From contig NW_021831955.1 in NCBI RefSeq assembly GCF_006345805.1, positions 1 through 33,542 on the forward strand: a stretch of 33,542 nt of DNA, read 5' to 3'. Within the stretch, counting starts at the first letter, position 1. Each line of letters starts with the position of its first letter. The notes under the pieces were generated by a model that had not been told where the DNA came from, searched no databases, and saw only the letters and a program-made list of their open reading frames with translations. This stretch comes from Octopus sinensis. Lineage: Eukaryota. The position numbers were made by a program, and so were the translations under genes. This document shows, one piece after another, positions 23,941-33,495 of this stretch.

Positions 23941-24271
23941 TTATGTTTATTATATTATATTTATATTCATTTATATACATGCATACTTGCATGTATATAT
24001 CAATATATACATACATGCATACAGACAAACACACACACACGCACACACACACGTATATAAATACACGTTGTAATGGTCGATTTCAGTTCTTTCTTCGGAC
24101 TTTTCCCTTCTTTCTTACGAAGAGTCTTGATCGAAACGTCAAACTCTCTCCTTTACCAAGCGCCAAGCTTACACATTTCTTATGCATGTGCTCCTGTTAT
24201 ACGTTTTTATTCGTTTATTTCAACTGTTTGTTTATTTAAATTTACTATGTGTGTTTGTGTGTGCATGTATA

Positions 24272-25155
24272 TACGTAGTCTGATTGACTGTTGCCATACT
24301 AACGAAGCTAAAGCACATAGAGTGGAGACGCTTGGCACAGACTGACCTTGAACTTTATTGTGCAAACCCTCTAGGTTTTACCGCCCTAACTCACTTCTGC
24401 TGTTTACAACAGTGCTTGGAATGACGGTGTGTAACGTAGGGTCGACACATTGACTATGACAAAGAAAGTTGGGAACAGAATCTGCATCAAATTTTGACAA
24501 GATCTTGGTGATACCTGCTCAGACGCCTACGCAACCTTTTCAAAACGTTTTCATCGTTCTCGACATAATCAATAAGATCTTGTGCAACTGAAACCTGGGT
24601 TTCTTTTTGGTCAGAAGAAAGTAGTTTTGGCACGAGCTTAGTAGACACGCGTCTCATACGCAAATCTTCAGTGTTAATGGACTGAACTGAACACTAAGTA
24701 ACCTGCACATCCTCAGATAACTCACGGATAGTAATTCGACGATTTCCCCCCACCCGAGCTGCACGCATTCTGAGATATTTTTCTATGTCCCACTTGTTGC
24801 AAGCCTCCATGAACTTTCGTCAAAATCGACGTTTTTCAGCCATCTTGTAAACATCTGAACCACTCGTGCACTTGCGTGCGGCTCATACACTACTCTCCAT
24901 ACACTTTCTGTAAAAGTGCATACACCTTTGAGCAGGTATCGGCATCACAACTTTGTCATTGTCAATGCGACATTCGCACGCCGCACAACTTCATTCCAGG
25001 CACCGCCGCAAACAACGACAGTGAGCCACGACGGTATAACTTGGTGCGCACAAACAGCAGATTTCAAGGTCAAACTTTACCGAGCAGCTTCACTTTGCGT
25101 TCTTTAGCTTCGTTACTATGGCAACAGTCAAGACACCCATCGATCAGACCGCGTA
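24272..25155. mobile_element. Non-autonomous mariner made of two inverted 5' ends (copy 2)
   Basis: Termini TACGTAGTCTGATTGA / rc TACGCGGTCTGATCGA in (TA)n context; both arms carry CTGTTGCCATA.TAACGAAGCTAAAG. The minus arm encodes DTCSKVYALLQKVYGE*CMSRTQVHEWFRCLQD...RMRRVSTKLVPKLLSSDQK...ENDENVLK (linker motif), stopping before the catalytic triad. Confidence 0.88.
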
Positions 25156-25303
25156 TATATACATATATATATGTGTGTGTGTGTGTATGTGTGTGTGCGT
25201 GCGTGCGTGTGTGTGTGTGTGTGTATGTGTATATGCGTGTGTGTACGTGTGTATAAGGTGATGCTGCAGCACGGTCGCAGTCACTGACTGAAACAGGTAA
25301 AAG

Positions 25304-25340
<37 letters not shown>

Positions 25341-25426
25341 ATATATATATATATATATATATACAATATATATATATATATGTATATATATATATGTATA
25401 TATGGTATATATGTATGTATATATAT

Positions 25427-25483
<57 letters not shown>

Positions 25484-26360
25484 ATCACCTGATCGACCGG
25501 TCACTCCGATGTTATTATACATTGCTGGTCACTCTGCACATTGCGTCAGGTTATTTTCTAGAGGCTGCTACTCATCTGGGTAGGCGAGCAGACCAACATT
25601 CCACTCTGAGCATCTTCCCACCTTGATCAGCAATTTCTTTTAATCATAATGAAATACTTCAATAATAAAAAAAAATGAAAGAAACAGTCAAAGAATATCT
25701 GTGAAGAATAATAGTGATTTAGATCGTAACTTCATTGACATGCATGGATATGAAACTGTATTTGAACGTCGTATTCCTGTATCACCATGCAGAAGCAATA
25801 AAAAGCTGAAGTACAGCCACCATTACATCGTAGCATGGGTCATAAACTTCTTTTTTATGGTAACAAATACTAATATCTATGACCGAACGTGAAAAGTGCC
25901 AAATGATTGATATAAAGTCGCCAGTCAACGGTTCACGATTCCTTCCCTTCTGGGGACGTACTATTGTCTGTCTTTTTTAACACTGAAAAAAAGAATCATT
26001 CTGTTCTTTTTACCTCTTGTCGTACGTTGCCTCCGAGTCACATCCCTTCCTTCATTCGTCACTAATTTCACGATTTCTTCCCTCCTGGGGACTTGTTAAT
26101 GTTCGTCCTTTTTAACGCTGAAAAAGAACTATTCTGTTCCTTTTAACACTTCCACAGCGGACCCTTCTCAGCAGTTCTGGATATAATGGATGGCCGTACG
26201 GTGCCTCCAAGTCCCTTCCCTTCTTTCGTCACTAATTTTATCCTCCACTGAAATTTTCAGATCTTTCACTATCCAATACATTCGATGATTCTACCCCCAT
26301 ATCAGTATTCATCTCTAATTCCCTCGCGGCCCATGTTTTTTTTTTTTATTATTTCTGCAG

Positions 26361-26462
26361 CTGACGATTTACCCTTCTTGAAAAATTATACCGAACCGAC
26401 CAACTTCACGATTTCTCAGCCGCCTGAACAAACAACGGTCAGAGTGCATTCCAACACTACAG
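26361..26462 (+). CDS. Exon candidate D3 (102 nt, phase 1-1): (A)DDLPFLKNYTEPTNFTISQPPEQTTVRVHSNTT(G); downstream extension truncated after ~40 nt
   Basis: Poly-T + ATTTCTGCAG acceptor; CAG|GTAGAG donor; sequons NYT, NFT, NTT. Confidence 0.55.
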
Positions 26463-26681
26463 GTAGAGAAATAAATACTTCTAAGAAATCAAATCTCTTA
26501 AAGACACGACCACACACACTTATGAGAATATATTTTCCTATATATAGCCTATGCCTAGTCTTGTGTGTGAATGTATGTGGATATATGTGTGTGTGTGTGT
26601 GCTTGTGTGTGCATACACATAGATATTTATAGATATAGACATACGTTGATGTACGTCCTTTCACATATAGATATTATATGG

Positions 26682-26996
26682 TGGGGCGCGTGGCTTAGTG
26701 GTTAGGGCATTCGGCTCATGATCGTAAGGTGTGAGTTCGGTCCCGGCGACGCGTTGGGTCCTTGAGCAAGACACTTATTTCACGTTGCTCCAGTCCACTC
26801 AGCTGCAAAATGAGTTGTACTTGTATTTCAAAGGGTCAGCCTTGTCACTCTCTGTGTCACGCTGATTATCCCCGAGAACTACGTTAAGGTACACGTGTCT
26901 GTGGAATGCTCAGCCATTTGCACGTTAATTTCACGAGCAAGCTGTTCCGTTGATCGTATCAGCTGGACCCTCGTCGTCGTAACGGCGGAGTCTTTA
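26682..26996 (+). mobile_element. tRNA-derived SINE, head 2 (CORE-like) + tail X
   Basis: The 5' half matches 7174-7320; the 3' half (TGTATTTCAAAGGG...GTCGTCGTAAC) matches 16615-16790. Confidence 0.88.
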
Positions 26997-27043
26997 AGAT
27001 ATATATATATATATAATATACATATATACATGCATACATACCT

Positions 27044-27084
<41 letters not shown>

Positions 27085-27109
27085 TATATATATATATATG
27101 TATGTATGT

Positions 27110-27145
<36 letters not shown>

Positions 27146-27344
27146 TAGATAGATAGATGATAGATAGATCTAACGTAATCAAGTGATCCGCTTGACTATC
27201 CGAAGTTGTAATATATTGCTGGTCACATTTCGTTTTGCATCATGTTAATTTCTAAAGGATGCAACTCCGATGGGTAAGCGAGCAGACGAAAATTTTACCC
27301 GGATCAGAGCGCGATTCCGACGCATGGCTTACAATTTACAGATG

Positions 27345-27468
27345 AGTGGTTTGGAATAACGTGAAATGAAGCGTTTTGCCCAAAACAACAAGTGGCAGTC
27401 GGTCTGGGAATTGAAACCATAATCCTGCCAACATCAGTGCCACACGGCTTACTTCTGGACCACGCGCC
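27345..27468 (-). mobile_element. Degenerate SINE head fragment
   Basis: AACGTGAAATGAAG...GGTCTGGGAATTGAAACC...GACCACGCGCC is the reverse complement of head 2. Confidence 0.65.
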
Positions 27469-28251
27469 TTTGAATATATGCATATTTACAAAACTCGCTT
27501 CAAGTTAATGATCGAAATATTTATCTGTATCTAAAAATGCGCGCATGCTATTTGCGCATCGATCATACCGACATAAATATAGACTATTTCACCCGTGATT
27601 TTCATACGTTGTCTATTTTTGGTGCGGAGAATAAAGTGATATTTTCTGCATCGATTTGAATATTCATTATACAAAAACGTAAACGTTCAGCTATTTATTT
27701 ATATTATGGTGAAACGTCTTATTAAAATACAATAAACAAAGAATATCTGTGAAGAAAAATGGTGATCTATAATGTTAAGGCTTCATTGCCATGCATGGAA
27801 AAGAAACAATATTTGATCGTCTTATTACTATATAATCACGCAGGAGAAATATAAAGCCAAAGTACAGCCGCCATGACATCGTAGAATACATCATAGACAA
27901 ATTATTTCAGGTAACAAATACAAATATCCGAGACTGCACGCAAAAAAAGGACCAAGCAATCGGTTGATATAAAGTCGCTGATCAACGATTCACAATTTCT
28001 TCTTTCTTAGAGACGTACTGTTGTCTTCTCATTTTGTTTGTTTCCGTTTTTTTTTTAACACTTCGACGGTGGCCCCTGCTCCTCTGTTCTGGATATATTG
28101 GATGGTCTTGCTTTGTCTCCGACTCCCTTCCATTCTCTCGTCATTTATTCTGTGTCCCACAGAACTTTTCAGATCTAACACTATCCAGTACATCCAATGT
28201 TTCCACTCCATCTCTAATTCCCTCGAGGCCCATTTTTTTCTGTTTCTACAG

Positions 28252-28353
28252 CCAACGATATAGAGATCTTGAAAAATAACACCAAACCGTTCAACTTCAC
28301 GATTTCTCAACCGCCAGAACAGACAACGGTCAGAGACCATTCCAACGTTACAG
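28252..28353 (+). CDS. Exon candidate D4 (102 nt, phase 1-1): (A)NDIEILKNNTKPFNFTISQPPEQTTVRDHSNVT(G); frame open to alternative donors at 28460/28464
   Basis: TTTTTTTCTGTTTCTACAG acceptor; CAG|GTAGAG donor; sequons NNT, NFT, NVT. Confidence 0.55.
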
Positions 28354-28757
28354 GTAGAGAGATAAATATTTCTAAGATATCAAATCTCTTAAGGAATGTA
28401 TCCTGCTTTTATAAACTGACTGCAAAACCACTGTGTCTCTTTCTGAATATTTGTACAAGAGTATGTAAGTATGAATGTCTGTGTACGTACATATGAATGC
28501 TTGTAAGTATGTACGAAGAAAGTAAGGTTGGTAGGTAATACGTACGTCCGTATTTACGTACATACGTATGCAGCTGTGTATGTATATATGTTGACGTAAA
28601 TGCGTTTATGCAGTTCCATGAATATATCAAAGTTCAAAAATATGATTTCTGTAATGGATACAGATACGAACCAAGATAGGGACGGACGTCCTAAAGATTT
28701 TTAGATAAATAAATAGATCAATAAAGGGAGAGAAGGAGAGAGAGAGAGAGAGAAATT

Positions 28758-28847
<90 letters not shown>

Positions 28848-28857
28848 AGATAGATAA

Positions 28858-29150
28858 GTTTCTTTATTGTCCACACAGGGCTGCACACAGATGGGACAAG
28901 TTACAAGGTAAAGCTTTTCTTTTGGGGGATGAAAAAAAAAGGTGGCGTAGGTTTTCGATCAAAAGTGATCGTAAAAGGGGGAAAAAAGGAAAAGAAAAAG
29001 GGAAAGGAACAAAAGAAAAGAAAAATGAAAAAAGAAGAAAAAAGAGGAAAAAAAGGGGAAGAGGAAAAAAAAACGATCAATAGGGATCGTGTATCACAGT
29101 GTCATGATGTATGGTGTAAAGGGGAAAACAAATAAGGTTTATCCGTGGGA
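28858..29150 (-). mobile_element. Retroposon 3'-end fragment, the longest of three copies
   Basis: Near reverse complement of 17770-17950, extended by an internal A/G-rich tract. Confidence 0.7.
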
Positions 29151-30068
29151 AGAAAAGGCTACGAAAAAGACCACGGTAACCTTGGTCAATATTGTTATAT
29201 GTTACCACATTTGTTTGCAAGTGGGTAACCCTAGATAGATAGTTACATAGATAGATACAGAGACAGAACTGTAATCCATTCAGAAAGTGTAGAAAAGGAT
29301 GATCACAAGTAATTTTCCTACACAGATCTTATGCCAACTCATATGTGTGTGCGTGTCTGCGTGCGTACACACATGTTTATACGCATGTATTTATCTACGC
29401 ATGTATCAATTCTCACGCTTTTCCCCTTTATAAATATGCCTCTAAATGTTAGATCTGCTCATGTGCATACATATAGATATACACATATGCATGCATATAT
29501 ACTTACATATATACTTACTTATATGCATACACACACACATACATATATATGTATATATACATATACATATATATACATGTATGCATATATGCATGTATGC
29601 ATATAAGCATGTGTGTGCATGATATATATAAATATATATACACACATTTATATTTATATTTTTACATATATACATATACATACATATATATTACACACAC
29701 AAATATATACATGGATAGGTACACATATACATATGTATATATATATATATATATATATTATATGATATATATATATAATCTACATGCTTACATGCATACA
29801 TACTTTTATACATGCATATACATACATACATACATACATACATACATACATACATACATACATACATACATACATGCGTACAAGCATACATTTTGGCAGG
29901 CCTGAAAGAACGAAAGAGAAATAGATAGACACGAAACTGTATCGAATTCACCTTTAATTGATTCATTGCGTTTCTTGAGGCATTGCTGAGTATATAAATT
30001 ATACACACACACACCGAGCGAAATTGTCTTAAAAGAGCGGAGCCAGAGAAGGGACTACCTTTTTGCAG

Positions 30069-30096
30069 CTAACTTAAGACGCAGTTGGGTCACCAG
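30069..30096 (+). pseudogene. Microexon candidate F5 with an in-frame TAA in the phase-0 frame (LT*DAVGSP)
   Basis: TTTTTGCAG acceptor and CAG|GTACGT donor are retained; CTA ACT TAA. Confidence 0.25.
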
Positions 30097-30289
30097 GTAC
30101 GTTGTCATTAAAGGAATGACAGCCTTTATTAAGTTACATAGATGCTCTCCACATCCTCCGAATCACTTTTCCTAGTCTCTATAAATCCGGCTCCTCGTGT
30201 TTGCATTGACGGCTTGTTGTTGTTGTTGGTGGTGGTGCTGGTGGTGGCGGTGGTGTGAAGGCAAGGAGAAAAGCAATTTCTTTTCGATA

Positions 30290-30660
30290 CACTCACCCTT
30301 CAGTTTTTTTCCCCTTGTCTTCTATTTATTCTCTCTCTCTTTCTTTCTCTTCCCCTCTCTCTCTCCCTCTCTCTCACTGTATGTGTCCTTCTCTCTCTTT
30401 TGTCACAGCTCCCGCTCTTTCTCGTTTTCGTTACCCTTCCCTCCTTCTTTCTCTCATTTTCTTTCTCTACCTCTCGCTTTCTGTCTCTGCCATTCTCTGT
30501 CTTTACTGCAGTTTATTTTTCTCCGTTCCATCCTTCTTCTTTCTCCCAATCGCTCCCACCCTTACATTTTTTCTTTCTTTTGCCTTTCCCTCTCCCTTCC
30601 TCGCTCTCCTTGACGTTTCTCTCAGCCTCTCACCCTTTATGATTTTACCTTAATCCTATA
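30290..30660. repeat. Long CT-rich polypyrimidine low-complexity tract
   Basis: Directly visible. Confidence 0.9.
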
Positions 30661-31244
30661 ATCAATAATTCTGTATTTTCCATTATTCCATTGTCACTAA
30701 GCTTATTCTCTCATTCCTTTTTATGTAATTCACTCATTTTCGTTATGTTTTAAATTCGCTTCTTCCTCTTTACTTTCATTCATTGTCTTAAAGGATGCTC
30801 AATTGTTTTCCGTTGTCTCTTATTCATCTATTCTCTTACCGGCATCCTTCATTGGACTGCAACCATACTGTGGCGCTCTTCAAGAGCTTTTAGTCAATCA
30901 CATTGAATCCATTTCATATTTCAATCAAATCTTATGCTATCGATGTCTATTTGTCGAATCGCTAGTTTAACAGTTTCTTTTAAGCAGAGGCAGCTGATGA
31001 GTTTTTAATGAACATCATTATCCTCAGTACAATCCAGTTCTATTTTTTTTCACTTACTATTTGCCGAACTGCTGAGTATATGATATATTTTACATAGCGG
31101 TAGGTATGGCAAAAAAATTGCATTTTTTATTAATTTGCATTTTTATCTTTAAATTGTTTTTCTTGATATTGATTTGTATATTTATTTCCCTAAAACGTCT
31201 TCCTGAAATTCAACAGTGACTAACTATTATTAATATTATTATTA

Positions 31245-31470
31245 GATCGACTTTGCCTTTCAGACCTTTGGAGTCGATAAATTAAGCACCAGCGAAACAC
31301 CGGGTCGATGTAATCGACTAGTTTTCTCCTTTAAAATTTCAGGTTTTTGTCCCTTTAGTAGAAGGGTTGACTTTGCCTTTCATCCTTTCGTACCATTGAA
31401 CATTGGGGTTGATGTAATCGATACATCCCCTCCCCCAAATGGCTGCCCTTGTGGCAAAATTTGAAACCAT
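31245..31470 (+). mobile_element. Two adjacent partial SINE family 2 copies
   Basis: GACTTTGCCTTTCA...GATAAATTAAG.ACCAG...GTCGATGTAATCGACT, then a second GACTTTGCCTTTCATCCTTTCG...GATGTAATCGA...AAATTTGAAACC. Confidence 0.8.
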
Positions 31471-31879
31471 TATTTGTTGTTGTTGTTGATGGTGATGATG
31501 ATGATGATGATGCTATTGTTTTTTTATTGTAACAATGGCGACAAGATTAAGAGACATTTCAAAACAATTTACAATGGAATAATGATGATGCTGGTGATAA
31601 TAATGAGGAAGAGGACGAGTGGGGGGGTGTTTATTATGTCAGTCCTGCGCTATAAGAGTTTTTGGTTGAGAGAATGTACTTGGTTTTAATCCACATCAAT
31701 ATTTGACTGGTGTTTTATTTACTCCGCTCTGAAAAGATGAAAGCCAGTAACATCATCATCAACGTCAACAACAACAGGAGTAGCAGCAATAATTGTAGAA
31801 TGATGAAGAGATGAAGAAGGAAGAGACAGTAGAGGACTCTGTGTTACAGTCTAGTAGTTTTTATAGTAATAACATCAAC

Positions 31880-32750
31880 AATGTTTGACAGCAGTAAATG
31901 CTCGCCAAAATCATTAGATGCTTTTATCACGAGAAGAGCCCAGAAGAAGACCTAGGAACTCTACCCGACGAGAAAACTAATCAACTTTAATGCAAACCCA
32001 CTCTTTGTAGATATAAATAACAGAAACTTGTGATATTTTATATAATCAATATATGCTCATGTAAGGAGTATGTAGAGGCTGGTATATGTTTTACATATTT
32101 AAGGCTATCAGGTATACACAGCCGGTTCCAAGTGCTTCATGCAATCGACTTTACAGATTTTCCAAGACATTTTGGAGGGAGCGAGTTATGAAACTGAAGA
32201 CCTTCAGTGAAGTCCTCTCTCAAGAGAGAGGACTTCACTGTAGGTAGCTAAGGACCGGGTGACGGTTTCGAATTACATTGTATAAGTGACAGTGTCGAGT
32301 GGTATAAGGTCGGCAGCCTTGGAAAGTAATTAAAGAAGAAGGACAATTTCGAGCATAAACCTTCAAAGACTGTTAGTGTCTATGAAGAGGCGCTGAAGTT
32401 AATCGAGAAGGAAAAGGTCTCATGGCTCACCGACCCGTTACATCCCGAAGGGACCATGAAGAATCATGAAATTGGTTGTGTCTGATATTACCGATGTTTA
32501 GTCATAAGGAGAGGCAAATCAATTCGCTCATAATCATTCAAATTGACAGATGTTATATAAGTAGCGGTCTCTATCCATTTACTGGGTTATTTTAGTATCG
32601 AGCAGCTGGACCACGTAAAGAGCACTGTAAAGATTACAGGATATGAAACAGCAATCACACAGCTGGCGAGCAACTTCCTTACCGACTTAGCCATCCACCT
32701 TCTTAGTATTCATATAGTCACAAGACACAAATACTCAAGCCACTTCTAAG
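31880..32750 (+). other. Decayed ORF-like, non-microsatellite segment of unknown (TE or viral?) origin
   Basis: Protein-like stretches broken by stops, e.g. GPGDGFELHCISDSVEWYKVGSLGK*LKKKDNFEHKPSKTVSVYEEALKLIEKEKVSWLTDPLHPEGTMKNHEIGCV* and HLLGYFSIEQLDHVKSTVKITGYETAITQLASNFLTDLAIHLL. No family recognised. Confidence 0.35.
32205..32240. other. Perfect 17-bp inverted repeat with a 2-nt spacer
   Basis: CAGTGAAGTCCTCTCTC-AA-GAGAGAGGACTTCACTG. Confidence 0.95.
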
Positions 32751-32807
32751 TTTTTGATATTTTTCCGATATTTTCAGCTTTTCATTCATTTCCTTCTCAA
32801 CTCTCAG

Positions 32808-32858
32808 AATATTCTAAGGTTCTTCCAGAATATATTACAGCGGCATCAAAGCATTTGA
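32808..32858 (+). CDS. Candidate 51-nt symmetric (phase 1-1) exon: (E)YSKVLPEYITAASKHL
   Basis: Long pyrimidine tract CTTTTCATTCATTTCCTTCTCAACTCTCAG; donor TGA|GTGAGA; length divisible by 3 and the frame is open. Confidence 0.4.
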   Translation, partial: NILRFFQNILQRHQSI

Positions 32859-33292
32859 GTGAGAAAAAAAAAAACATTTAATATTTAATGTAATTATAAG
32901 TAAATCAATTCTACCTAAAATGCAGGCTGCCTTATTTCTTCTGCTGTTCAATGTTTCTACTACACGCAATGACGTACTTAAACGTCTCCAACTTTACTTC
33001 CACGATCTGTCTTGGTCCTCCCACCTCCACCATCACTTGAGTGGTTTCTTTCTGCAACTCTCTCTCTCTCACTCTCTCACTCTCTCTCCACTCTCTCTCT
33101 CTCTCTCCACTCTATCTTTCTTGTCTTGTCTTTCAATATGTGTGTGTGCATGCGTCTGTGTATTGTATATACATATATATATACAACATATATACATATA
33201 TACATTATCTATATACATACATACATATATATACATACATACATACATATAATATATATGTGTTGCATATGTATATATATTTATATATATAT

Positions 33293-33348
<56 letters not shown>

Positions 33349-33495
33349 GCATGTATGTTTTATATCTCATACGCACTCACTGGCACATGCATACTCGTCT
33401 CTACATATATATATATATATATCAATATATAGTATATATATATATATATACACAAACACATACGCACTCACAGGCACATGCATACTCGTCTCCAC

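Larger units (their letters stand above)
13905..30360 (+). repeat. Irregular tandem segmental array of a ~3-3.5-kb unit (blocks A-B-C-D-E-F-G, plus SINE4-H-mariner in two units)
   Basis: Paralogous blocks: B at 14155, 17620, 25700, 27750; C at 14400, 18015, 21595, 25915, 27970; D at 14686, 18316, 26361, 28252; E at 15020, 19155, 28590; F at 16050, 19545, 23255, 29955; G at 17010, 19950, 23440, 30140. 13905-14090 also matches 27515-27700. Confidence 0.92.

Noticed and set aside
13905-30360. CRISPR-like or prokaryotic repeat-spacer system
   Set aside because: Repeat units are kb-scale, irregular and interspersed with eukaryotic SINEs; there are no constant-length repeats or cas-like ORFs.
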